Origin: Hormiphora californensis
Taxonomy: Eukaryota > Animalia > Ctenophora
Direction: 5' to 3'
Assembly: GCA_020137815.1 (NCBI GenBank)
Contig: CM035353.1
Location: 6,200,001-6,264,000 of the forward strand
DNA length: 64,000 nt
A program made the position numbers and the translations under genes. The notes beneath the pieces are model-generated. The model saw only the letters and a program-made list of their open reading frames with translations. It made no database searches and was not told where the DNA came from. The first letter of the stretch is position 1. Every line of letters begins with the position of its first letter. Positions 1 through 13,211 of this stretch are shown here, one piece after another.

Positions 1-759
1 TTGTCACCATGATAACCCCCCCCCGGGGGAGAGAAGAGATATATATAATGTGAGGTATAAAGAAAGCAAATATATTATGTATATTTGGGGAGTACTACAA
101 ATAATTGGTAATGAAATTCCCCCTCTGCGCTAGCTCACGGAGGGGTAATAATATCGCTTGTACAGCGGGAAAAATATTCCTGTGTCCAAACTACAAAACA
201 GAAAGTTCTAATTTTTTGAACATACCGAGGAAATTGTCTGAGCTACCATTACATACCGGAATTTTTCGATATTTTGGCCATTAACACTGTTTTTGTTTTT
301 GGAAAACTATGAAGATGCTGGAATTTGGCTACAAAAAGCTTCAGAAATGTGCAAAATGCCATTCCAAAGGTATTAGAGGTGGATTCATTGATAACTAAGC
401 TATAGTCGAGTCAGAAAAAATTCCACAAGATTGGAATTTTATGCCCATATAAGGAGTTATGCGACACACCTCTGTTGTTAAACATGTGGTGTAATCGCTA
501 CCGGTCGTTACTTTCTGTAGAATTCAGGTCCTGGTTACTATACAAACTAGTACCATACGTTTTAGATAGGTTTTAGACAAGTTTTCGATAACTTTTTATG
601 AGAAGGTCCCGTAAATTTTCATTTTTAGGTAGGCGGTATTGTCACCCCTATATGCAATAATAGGGGTGACTTCGTAACCAATACAAATAATATATGTAAC
701 CATGACACGCCTAGCATTCTACCAACTAGAACCCCAAATGATGTCAGCGACACACATAC

Positions 760-830
760 TTGCCTAGCCAGACTATGTTTCGCGGCTCGCGTGCCCCAAA
801 AGTTAAGGAGGGTTAGAATATAACAAACAA
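760..830. mobile_element. Short interspersed element (TTGCCTAGC...GGTTAGAAyAT family), copy 1
   Basis: Similar to 18954-19080 and 61488-61541. Flanked by direct repeat ACACATAC (752-759 and 831-838). Confidence 0.6.
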
Positions 831-838
831 ACACATAC

Positions 839-1505
839 CCGTCACAGTTGATATGCTCCACGATGATCCTACTGTTCAGAACCTCGAAATCCTCCGATAA
901 GTCAGCGCTCCACAGAGTCATGTTGTAGTCGGTGCTAGTGGGGGCCGTCTCAGCACACCAAAACATCTTCCTATCTCTGGTGTGAGTGGGTGGATCAGGG
1001 GTGGGGGATCAGGGAACCCGGTAAGAGTTTGAGTCGCTTGACACTGTGTCCGTGTTCCGGAGTTTAAAAAAAAAGTTTGAGCAATTAAAGTAAGAATTAA
1101 GAGATTGTATCTACTGATAGAAGCGGAAGAACTCTAAACTTCGAGTGTCCGAATTCCGGGATACATCAAGTAATGTCATATTAGTTACACAATATATACC
1201 AAATCATATTAAAACATACCGATAATCAAAGTCGACATCCTTCATGCTGTACTGTTGTGGGATGTACTGCCCACTAACATCCATGGACCGGTAGTTGTCC
1301 CTTGGAATTGGGTCGTACTTTTCAGTGGGTATAGCGGGGATGTTGTCCGACCAAGGGCTCGATAGGGTGGAGAAAAGGGGCATGGCATAGTTCTTTGAGA
1401 TTATCATCGTAAGGGGTCCTGGGGAAGAGAGGGGGTAAAGAGAGGGTGGAAGAGGGGGAGGGGGTAAAGAGAGGGGGTAGGGAGTGGGGGTAAAGAGAAG
1501 GGGAA

Positions 1506-1599
<94 letters not shown>

Positions 1600-1600
1600 A

Positions 1601-1673
<73 letters not shown>

Positions 1674-3114
1674 TAGAGAGAGAGAAAAAGATAGAATTCT
1701 TACCTTCTGCCATACAAAACGTCCTCTTGGGCTGCATGTTCCTTTTCCAGGGATTAACCGTTAGCTGGTAGCCCTGGTCGCACGAACACTCAAAACTCCT
1801 CTAAGAGGGGGGTTATTATATCAAATAAATGTTTTTCATTCTGAGCAAGCTGAGAATTGAACAATATTTTTATTAAACAAGTACATAACATGTTAACAGA
1901 ACCCATGTTAACTTACATCGGTGTTGATGCAGTGCTGAGAACAGGTCCCCTCGCTCGAAGCACACTCGTCAATATCAACACACTCGCCGTATTTTCTCTC
2001 AAGCCCTAAATGAATTTAATATTATTTATATCATGAATGATCAATGAATACCACCCGGTACATGTCTCATTATTCATAATTACTGTTATACAGCAGCCCG
2101 GGGTGTATGAGCGCGCGGCTCTAAACATCTCCGCGCACAAAACCTGATATTTATCAAAGTGGCGGTTGCGCGTTACACACTCACACTTCCAAACTCACGC
2201 TCACTCTCAATCCCACTGCAGTAAATGTATGCCACTCTCTTTAAATTGGAAGCGTATACACTACAGTAGTAGTAACTGTACACGGAAAATAATAAAATCT
2301 CTGCATATCAAACTTACAATTACACCTCATTAGTCATTTCAAAATGTGTTGTAGAAATGAGTAAAGAGACAGTTTGATATATTTTGTTTTTTAGGTGAAA
2401 ATTCCCCGCAATATCTTACCATATCCACAACAGTTCTCCCGTTCATCAGTCCCATTGTCACAGTCAGCGGTGCCATCGCACACCTGCTCAGGTTTAATTG
2501 ACTTGTCCTCCTGGTAACACGGTACCTGATGGGTGAGAGTGTGTTATAAAACAAAGAGTAACTACTAGTACCTTTAATACATGGGAATACACCAGTTAAC
2601 ATGAAAAAGTAAGTTTTAATTACTCACCAATCCTTCGAATAAGCAATCCTTCTCATCTTCCCCGCCCGCACAATCGTTCGTATGATCGCATCTCCGGTTC
2701 ATTTGGATGCACCTTATTTCTGATGTACACCCCCACAGCCCCTTCTCACAAAGTGCTTTCTCTGGGAAGGAGAGATGGACATATTAGGTTATGCAACAGA
2801 ATATATGCGCATATTATTATAATCAACTTCAGTCGGGGTATATTTCGAATTAAACTACAGTTTCTTAGAAGTCAGTCTATTTTCCGTTCTCCATTATACT
2901 ATCATTAAATTATCGTGATCCAGCGAGTGAATGCCTTCATATTTAATTTGGGTGAAACAATGTTTTTTACGATCACCAACCCCAATTACTCTCTCTCCCC
3001 ACACTTACCATAATAATGGTCTGACTTGTTCTGGGGCACAGCACCTTGCACCTGGTGTACCATCAGGAACAACAACACCGCCATAAAACCGTAACGCCGT
3101 GCAAGAAACTCCAT
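839..3114 (-). CDS. LDL-receptor-related protein (signal peptide-LDLa x2-cbEGF-YWTD propeller start), multi-exon, continues off the left edge
   Basis: Phase-compatible GT-AG exons 3114-3009 (MEFLARRYGFMAVLLFLMVHQVQG signal peptide), 2761-2628 (CTSEIRCIQMNRRCDHTNDCAGGEDEKDC, LDLa), 2525-2420 (VCDGTADCDNGTDERENC, LDLa), 2005-1917 (CVDIDECASSEGTCSQHCINTD), 1800-1704 (SFECSCDQGYQL), 1418-1220 (..DVDFDYR) and 976-839 (DRKMFWCAE...INCDG). Confidence 0.82.
1510..1685. repeat. (AG)n microsatellite, representative of many in the window (e.g. 4800-4907, 5057-5190, 10870-11134, 16850-16930, 18670-18728, 28735-28835, 29870-30020, 50180-50310, 50470-50600, 55120-55340, 56300-56380, 56700-56850)
   Basis: Direct inspection. 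These tracts produce the spurious ERER/SLSL ORFs in the track. Confidence 0.95.
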
Positions 3115-3124
3115 CCTACTAGCA

Positions 3125-3255
3125 CTCCTAATTGGTGCCTCAATCATCCTAATTGGTGCCTCAACCCTCCTAATTGGCGCCTCAACCCTCCTAATTGGCG
3201 CCTCAATCCTCCTAATTGTTCCCCTTTTCCTAATCGTTACTGATCTCCTAATTGT
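3125..3255. repeat. ~21-bp tandem repeat (CCTAATTGGyGCCTCAAyCCT) just upstream of the LRP-like start codon
   Basis: About 4 good and 3 degenerate copies. On the minus strand each unit contains CAATTAG|GAG. Confidence 0.8.
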
Positions 3256-4825
3256 TGTTACTGCTACCGGGTTCCTCTGATTGTGATCATCATGTTCTTT
3301 GTAGCAGTTGGTATAACAGGTTTTCTCAATCACATGCGGCATTCATTTAGCTAATACCCCGGAATTTGTAGTGTTGATATAATGGTTGCTAGACACCATG
3401 GAGAGGGAGATGGAGATAGGGTTGAAAGTATGAAATTCATATAATCATGGGGTGTGGAATTGGAAATGGTTGGATGGGGTGTTGGTAATTACCACTCAGA
3501 GAAGTGTGGGGTAATTTTGTTACTAAGCTGCAATGGGTGGACTAAGGGAGAACAACTAAAAATGTACATGTTCCGGTCATATAATCTAAACCTATCTAGG
3601 GCTCCAGTAAAGAAAGTAATATATTGGGGAATATATTACACAAAGTTATTACAAAATATAATTCTAATTTCATCTTGTTTTGTTCAAACAAACAGGGTCG
3701 AGCAAGGCAAGTTAAATCGAATTTTACTGACATCTCGAACAAGACAAAGAAATGAAGAATGGACTCTACCAAAAAGGTCAATTCACGTCAACGCGTTCAT
3801 ATTGTTTATGAAATTTGATCCTTGATTCGTTAACGCGACAACTAAATATTTTAACATTCACATGAGCAGAAATTCGTGGAACTCATCGACCATCAATATA
3901 AACCATATTGATCACGTGACGGGATACATGTAGCCATCAAGATATTGATTAAATCACAAAAAGACAATTATTGGTCAAATCCCAACGCTAAATAAAAGGT
4001 GATCTGAAGGAACACAACTATGTGCAATGTGCAGGTGGGTACACGCAATTACTGTCATTACAGCTAAAGAAATGGAAAGAAGGGGGACATCTATAATATG
4101 AGGTCATACACTAAAATAAACTCTCTCCCCCTTCTCTCTTTCTCCACCTGTCGGCCCAATTCTCTCTCTATATATTTTTTCCCCTCTCTCCCTCTCTAGA
4201 ATCTTCCCGCCCCGATTCCCAGTCGATGAGGTCACCGATAATATGATCATGTAAGGCCAAAATCATGCCCGTGAAAATGGGTACACCGCACGATGTTCTT
4301 GGGGGGTGGGGGGTCGGCAAAAATCGGCGTTTAATTCAGATTGGAACAGATATTATAGAAAATAAGATTAGTAGATTATAGAACAAATAGAGCGAGAGGG
4401 AGAGAAAGTACTCGGATGCAAATGTACAAATTACTAACAAGAAGTGGTGCCATGGTAACTTCCTTGTTTCACAGGGGTCCACTAAAAGCTAATGTTGTAC
4501 ACACACACACACAATGAATTTCTCACGTCACGCTGAGGTGATGTCACGGCCCATGACGTCACACGATCACGCTAATATCTTTCTACGTTCCTACTCCAAC
4601 TATTGTTGCCACAAAAAGAATGCGAAATTAATCTAAGAACACCAAAAAACGTTTCAGCCGAAACCCCCTGATCTGCAGCAGTCTAGACAATCCAAGGTAG
4701 CGGCGATTTGAGTGTTCGTCGGGCAGAGCGAACAGTAAGTAAAACAGAGCAATGCAAAGTTATACATATTATGTCAAACAACGAAATATATGTCAAAGAA
4801 AGAGAGAGAGAGAGGGAGAGAGAGT

Positions 4826-4910
<85 letters not shown>

Positions 4911-5057
4911 ATAACGTATGACTGAAAGAGCGAATGAGAAAGGAGGTAGTATCATGAGTGTGAGTGTGTGTGTCAACCAAGGCTAGGGATTTGATTGGTT
5001 GGGTAACTTTCTCAGAATGAGGTCATCGTTAAAAATGAGGAGAGTTTGAGATATAGG

Positions 5058-5177
<120 letters not shown>

Positions 5178-6246
5178 GATAGAGAGAGAGAATTATATAG
5201 AGAAAAAGAGGGGGTTGAGTAAAAGAGAGAGAAATGAAGAATGAGATACGAAGAGTTTAGTGGTGTAGTGTGTCACATGAGGACCAGTGGGGTTTACAGA
5301 TAACTTACGGTAACTTACCGTCAGTCAGTACTACCTTACTCTCGTTTTTTAAGAAACGCTTTAGTAAGAAAATTTTTATCAAATGTAAATCACACAACTC
5401 AGAAACATCACAACAAAATAAGAAACCCCCAACTTTTTTATTTCTAGTTTCTAAATAAGTGAGACAGTTTCTTTATTTTAGATTGCTTACTCGTGTGGTT
5501 TCTTAGAAACTTTTTTCTATTTAAAAGTTTCTTGAAATATAGGAGAGTAAGGTAAGTGCTTTATGGAGCATTCAATGAAACTACCTCTGGTACTAGTAGA
5601 GATACAAGGTGTACAACAGCTAAATTTCCAGATCTGTGTAATTTGTGGGTAGCTTCGATCAGTTGGGGTTAGGATAAATGGTATCAGTTGTAAAAACAAA
5701 GTTATGCAAGTACAATTCTATATGAATGTTCGAAAACCAAAAGAACTAAAAAAGATAGAGTCTCGTGTTACATCGACCATAAAATATTCGGATATATTCG
5801 AGTCTAACACCGCACCTGGCGAAAAACTCATTATCTCTCGAGTAGGGCCGATAAAATTATGTTAAAAATGGCGAGAACTTATTTTTAATATTGTGGTCGG
5901 ATGCGGCAAATATTTCACGGTCGCTGAATCCATATAAAACAAAGTTAGGATTGTAGGAGGTACAAATTAGATCACCAACAAAATGTGGTAAAACACCAAA
6001 AAATATTAATCAGATTTCGGACCAACAACATACATGTGAGGGAGTGACCCCTGTGGTGATCACCACGGACGGTGCCATCAGCCCTACACATGGCTGATCC
6101 GGACAACAATTCAGAAGAGTTAGAAAATATATCAAACATCACCGGAATCACAAGGATAAAAATGAGCACAGTTAGTAAGCGGCAGATGGAGCGTTGGTGT
6201 GTATTAGGGTCGGGTTACAACATCATGAAAGAGAAAAATGATAAAA

Positions 6247-6286
<40 letters not shown>

Positions 6287-8164
6287 TGTGTGTGTGCACC
6301 AAGTATTATAGAAGGCCAAATGTTTCAAGCCAAATGTTTCTGCAGAACAACTAAAACAAGTAAAACGAATGTCCCAGTTACGATAGACAAGAGAGGGGGC
6401 GGGAGGGGGGGGTTTAAGTAGCAACCCCAAAGAAAAGAGACACAAGAAATGAAGAAAAGGGACTATACAGGTACATTTTTTCTCCGTTCACCAAGGGGCC
6501 ATTCCAATGTGTGCGGGTGGAGAACACATTCCTCAGTTGTGATTAGTTATTTCTCTCAATAAACAGTACTCTCTCTTTTTGTCTCTCTCACTCTCTCTCT
6601 CTTCCTCCCTCTCTCTCTCTCTCTCTCACTCATGTGTACAAGGATTGGACTAGGAGACCCAAGCGCTATGCAATGTACAAAAATTTCACAAGAAGGCGGT
6701 AGGTGGAAAACTTTATGTGGTAAGGATCTCTTCCTCTTTCTTCCCTCCCCCCCTCTCCCCCCTTCCCCCCCCCCCCCCCCCCCCCCCCCCCTCTTCCTCT
6801 TCTCTCTCTCTCTTTTTTTCCCTTCCCCCCTTTTTTCTCTTTTTCCCCCTTTTTCTTTTTCCCCCTTTCCCCGTTTTTTTCCCCCCTTTTCTCCCAAAAA
6901 AGGAAGGCACAAATTAACCCAAATTTGGCGAAGACGAAAAAGGCCTTAAAAGGCATATGTATACACGTTTGTTTGGGCTGCAATGAACAAAATCACCAAA
7001 ACAAAAATACTTTTGAAAAACTATAATGTATACTAAAAAAAGGGCAGTGTGGGGGGGGTTGTATTGAGGAAGGGGAAAGAGGGGTAGAGAGAGAGAAGAA
7101 GAGGGAGAGAAAAGAGAAAGAAGAAGAGGAGAGAGAAGGAGGGAAAAATTAAAGAGAAAAAGGGAGTTAAAAAAGGGGAAAAAAAAAAAGAGAGGGGGGG
7201 GGGTGAAGAGAGAAAGGGGGAATTCAAGGGAGCTGGGAGGGTATGTAATTAATAATCTTTTTCCCTTTAAAAAGGAAAAAGGCCTCTTTGGTTCGGCGGT
7301 ATGGCATTCTGCAGAAGAAACTGGGCCTCCCTCAACTCTGCAGCTGCAGTAGGAGACGAACATATTATTACTGTTATGAGATGATATTTTATCTCCTGCA
7401 AATTTATCACTCCTGGGCAAGTATTGAAACTCTACATAAAAAAATTAAATTTAAAAAACCGGGGAAATTTGTTCAATAATATTAACTCTACATAACAAGG
7501 CAATATATAATAAAGATTTATCCCCATAACCAAAGGGGTCAAAACCCCAAAAACAACTATTGTCCTTTTCCCAAAATTAAAAAATCAAAACGGTTGTGGG
7601 TCATTTTTTTTTGCTTTTTTTTTGTAACAACTATTTTTTTCCATTTTACTTTCATCTTCACCCAAAAGAAATGGGAGAATTTGAAGTTTTTGCAAAATTA
7701 GCTCGACTCTAAATTACCACAGCGGGACCGAAGGGAAATTTTTTAAAATTAGACCACATTGGGGGAAATGGTACCAAAAAAAACCCCCCCCCTTTAAAAC
7801 CATATTTTAAATAAAGTCCCTACATTGATCCGGTACATGAGGTAAGGGGAGAAATAGGGAGAAGGAGAAGAAGAGAAAGAGAGGAGAGGAGAATAGAAGG
7901 GGAGGAGAGGATAGGGGAGAGAGAGAGAAGAGAGAGGAGAGAGAAGAAAGAAGAGAAGAGAAAAGGGGGAAAAGAGAGAGAGATACTTATATTGCCAGTG
8001 TGACTCTAGAAGCTCCCTTTTTGGAAAAAAAAGAAAGACGGAGAAGAACTAAAATGAACTAAAATGAACTAAAGATATTAATATTTGGGGAAGGAGTCCA
8101 AAAAGGGAAACAAAAAATTATAAACAAGACACCAAACAAAAGACAAAAAGAGGGATACTTTCAA

Positions 8165-8357
8165 GGGGAGAGAGACCTATAAGACTCGCAGCTACTAGAC
8201 ATCATGAAGCCTAAAGACATGGCATTTAAGGAGAGAGACTTAGACTCACAACAGCTACTAGACATAATGAAGCCTAGGCCTAGGCATGGCATTTAGAGGA
8301 GAGAGACCTAGGCTCACAACAGCTACTAGACATCATGAAGCCTAGGAATGGCATTTA
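8165..8357. repeat. ~62-bp tandem repeat x3
   Basis: GAGAGAGAC..ACTCACAACAGCTACTAGACATCATGAAGCCTAGG..TGGCATTTA repeated with indels. Confidence 0.75.
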
Positions 8358-10869
8358 CGTGTGGCTAACTGATGCCTAACGTGTGTAAGCATGAGAAAAG
8401 GAGGGAAAAGGAAAGGGGGTCAGATGTAAGAGAGCAAAACGAAGAAGATGTGGGGAAGAGAGAAAAGAGAGAGAGAGAGAAGAGGGAGAGAGGAGAAGAA
8501 GAGAGAGAGAGAGAGAGAGAGAGAAGAGAGAGAGAGGAGAGAGAGAAAAGAAAGAAATAGATATGTAGCATGGCATTTCCTAGTACGCCCCCCAACCCAC
8601 GAACGCTCTAACTCCAAGGAATATTGAACTAGAATTAAAATTTAATTTAAACCCATCAATTTAAATTTCAAAAACTAAATCTAAAAATTTTACCGGGTTT
8701 TTATACCAAAACCCCGGAAAAGAAAGGTTTCGAAGTCCATTTCAAAATACTGGGATAATTTCAAACCCCAAAATCAGGGGGGTGTTCCCACGATAAACCC
8801 CCCTTTTCGCAAGGATCGACCTTTTACAAACTTTCGAACAATCTAAAGTGAGTTACAACTGGGCATTACAGTGTAATGAGTCACGTTTCAAGTAAATGAG
8901 CCCTAAGGGCCACTACAAGACGAGCCTAATATAAGTAAAGAGAAGGTCGCCATTCAACCTATATAATAGAACCCTAATTGTTACCCAAACGATCCGAGAA
9001 TGAAATGTTGTACAAAGTAATTGTTATTAAATCGCTTACTTAGATCAAACAAGATTAATTGCATTATGTTCTAACATAATGCTGAATTTCCCTGCCATGT
9101 GAATCTATGAAGAAAGGAAATCATGACCAGATCCGCTGTAGCAGCAAGCGGGACACAAAATCCCGATCATTTATATATCACACAAACAGTATAGAGCAAA
9201 TCCTTGTGTTTTTAATAGCACTAAATTGCGCGCCACGCCGCCCACATTGCGCGGCCACAGCATTTCCTGAAAACGTGCCAATTGAAATGGTTTATGAAGG
9301 AGCAGCTCGTAACTGTGTGCGCGGCTCTTGTTGCTACATCGTTTGCCCTCGCAACTAAAGTGTGACCAAAATGGTCCCCTCTACCGATTTAGTTAGTATA
9401 CCAAAATGTCGTGTTTCGAATTCTAACCCTGCTATGGCCTTTTTACAAAGTAAAAAGGCATCCGGGTGAATGCCTTCGGCATTCACCCGGGCAGGGAAAA
9501 AATATTATATCGGGAGTGGGGGTGAGTTTAAAATTAAAGAAATTTGCAAAATTGGCAAATCTTACTGAATCGTGTTCGCTAGTGAAATCTAGGTTTACCA
9601 ATAAACTACCTTTTGTATTTGGATATTTAGATTTATAAACTCGCGGAGAAAAGATTACAAAACATTTGTACAAAAGAAACTGTAAAAAAGAGATGGCAAG
9701 AGGGAGAAAGATTTAAAATATTCAAATATGGAGGATTGGAAGGGGGAGAGATACAGCGAGAAAGAAAGATATAATAGATAGTGAAAGGTTGAGAAATGAG
9801 AGAGACCAGGAGACCAGGAGACAGAGAGAAGATTAGACATACGAATACCTAAATTTTGTGTCTTCATCTTCATTATTTTCAGCCAATGAGAGATGATTTC
9901 AAAGATGAGCAATCACCTATATTTCCTGCTTCTCTGATCTCTCTTGTTTGCTCTCTAGCTATCTCTCTCTCTCATTCCATTCTATCTTATATTTCTCAAA
10001 CATTTTGGTCTCTTCACAATCTGCATGCATAATCTATCTCCCCCAGTACATACTAAAGCAGTAGTTAGTTAGTTACTCTGCCGAACCCTCATAGAAATAT
10101 AATGCGGTTTGAGCTACACAGGTAAGAACCTGTCAAATTATTATACAGGCTAGTTTGTTCAGACGGTGTCCCCCTTCTTGTCCAAGAGGGAAAATATTAC
10201 AAACACAATTTTATTACAGATATAATAACCACGGCACAATCCCCTAATTTATAACGATCATCTCCACACAACTTACCAAGAGGCTCATTCGAAGCTTGCA
10301 GGATTGCCTCTGACAAACTGCATGTGTATCATTAAAATGAAGTTATACACCCACTCATGCAGCTACCATATTTAATGTGGAAGTAGTATAAGCCTCACTA
10401 TTTTATGCAGCGGAAAGAATTGATAACACAATTTAAGATCGATTTGGAGGTACTAGAGATATGTACACCAACGTATAATACCAATTTTTGGCTACACTAA
10501 ATCTATAGAGAGGTAACGAAATCGCGAGATTTAGCGTGACTGCTGGGGAGGGGGTTATTTCGTTACCAAATCTTGATCGGGATCGTTGGTGACTTTATCA
10601 AACCGTTAAGGATAATGGTTGACCGTGTATAAGGTCCAAGTAAGGCACTGAATTAGCTTTTCGAGACGAATCCAACGCAACCGGAATTACCTTTCTATCT
10701 CACCAAATAAAGCTAGACCCCGGGGGCACCAATTTGAGTTGTTTGCACACTTATCAACTACGAAAGACGATACGTAGCATGCAGCTAACATTCCGTGGCG
10801 TGTGTCAGAGGAAATACAACAGTTGCCGTTGGTGAAGATAAACATAAAGTCTGATAGAAAGGTATAGAT

Positions 10870-10940
<71 letters not shown>

Positions 10941-10969
10941 TAGAGAGAGATAGAGAGAAAGAGAGAGAG

Positions 10970-11137
<168 letters not shown>

Positions 11138-13074
11138 TGGCATATTTGGTTAAGGCATGCATTATTCTGCTGCCAAATTCTCCTAAATATAATATGCTGA
11201 CTGGCAAGTGTTACAGCCTATGGTAGAGGTGAAGAACTTTAATATAGCTGTGAAAGGTAGAGAAATGAGAAATAATATCTCACTCTGACTATTTTAAGAA
11301 AATCAACCCTTTTATGGTGAATCTGAACTAAGCTAGTAAAAGTAAAACGAGAAAGTACTAAAAATAATACGAAATAGCTAGCTAGCTAGCAGCACGATTT
11401 TTCTAGGGAGGGGGTGTGCACTGTGCAGTGTGCACTGTACCCAAACCTTTTCCAAGTGTTACCGGAGTGCCCGAAGGCTTGTTTTTATATCTGTAATTAT
11501 TGTTACCGTTCTACCTCTCTAATTGAACAAACAGCTTTACCGGGCTCCTTTCTGACTAGACTCAAGTAAGATTATCATTGAAGGGGGGGGGTGACTAGGA
11601 TCACTTCCCTGGCCATGACCGGTAATTTCTTTTCGGCTTTACTTTGGGGTAGGACGTAGGTAATTTCCTAACAACTCCGACCCCCGCCCCCGGTCATGTA
11701 CCCGAGGAGAGCACCTGTAATCCGGTCCAGGGTTCAGGACCGGTGTGTCTATGACGCCAGTGGAATATTTAACGGAATTCTTTTACTAACATAGTCGTGT
11801 TCAGGCAAATAAGGCAAAGATTGCAAGTTAGGAACGTTAAGCAGTCCGCGGATTGACTGTCAAAACTCAAACGAATGGGCGTGGCATTACGTATAGCATG
11901 TGAAATTTGCTTTAATTATGTCCTTTTTTAACTTGATTAGGTCACAATAGACTTGAATACAATGCATATTATCATATGAAACTGTGTTATACTCAGTCTT
12001 AAAACAGAGGAGATAGAAATGCATTATAATAGAAGATGTAGCATATTTACTGCTTAGTCACATAGAATAATATCATTTCAAAGTGTCAGGATAGCGGAAT
12101 GCCAGGCGGGGAAACCCGTAGTAAAATTAGCTGTCAAAATATTGTTTGGATCGCCCTTTTTCATCATGATTGAGTGACTGTTCTTGGCTTGACGTCCAAC
12201 ATGAACATATATAATGTTCTTTTATACTTTGTACTTTGCAGGGACTACTCATTCAATTAAATGGTTGTATTTGTACCTAATTTCAGCTCCAACGAGAAAA
12301 ATAACCCTCACTTTTGTATTAGACACCGCCCCTCAAGGTTGGTACAGCATTGTAGGCACCGCATCATTATAGCTGGAAACTTATTATTCAGAAACCCAAT
12401 AAAGTAAGTATCGGATTGAAAATTGCTGCATTTATAGAGTTCCCTAGAATAATTCCATGGGGGCTGGAACGCTAAGAACATGAGCTGAATACTGTTATTC
12501 TAGAATAACTAGTTTATTGCAGTAAGGCCTTATAGGGGTGATACGTAGGGGTATATATGTGAAAAAGTATTAATTATATATTCCGGCGAACAAGTTGGAT
12601 TCGTTTCCAGATACTTCCTGGACCTTATAAGGCGCTGAAAGGAATCAAACTTGTTCGCTGGAAGGAGGCTATTAATACCTTTTAAGAGGTTACTATCACT
12701 GCGTTTGCAGAAGAAATTAGATCTGTATAACGCTAGACAGAGTTAGGATAATCGTTGGTGGAGTTACTAGCTAGCCGACCACTAACTAAACCACTAATAA
12801 AACCACTAAAACCAAACTAACAAACTACTAACAAAGGGGGTAGATATGTGAGAGAGGGTCGAGCAAGACAGGGGGGGGGGGTATGTAACACAAATCCATG
12901 GGTTTTTAAAAAAATAAAAAGTTTCTAAAAAATAAAATTAAGCTAAAACTTTCTTCTTTCTTCTTTCTTGACTCTTCTTTACTATTTAGACTTCCCTAAT
13001 CTTGTTTCGAACTTCATCTTCAGGAACAAGTCTACTAGAAGTAGCTACTTGAGGAATGGATCATGGATGTATAT

Positions 13075-13183
13075 CAGGAACCGACCGAATCAGGAAATAC
13101 TGGTCCCTGATTGGCTGATAACCAGTCACGTGACCTAAATAACGAGTTCTGGTTGGTTGTTTACTTGTTTCGGTCGGTTCATG
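13075..13183. mobile_element. Miniature inverted-repeat element (109 bp) with apparent 9-bp target-site duplication
   Basis: TIR CAGGAACCGACCGAA / TTCGGTCGGTTCATG (1 mismatch). GATGTATAT on both sides (13066-13074 and 13184-13192). Confidence 0.8.
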
Positions 13184-13211
13184 GATGTATATGTTCTTCT
13201 TGGATGATTTT

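Noticed and set aside
1484-1771. ERER/SLSL/FVCL ORFs throughout the ORF track
   Set aside because: Translations of (AG)n and (AAAC)n microsatellites.
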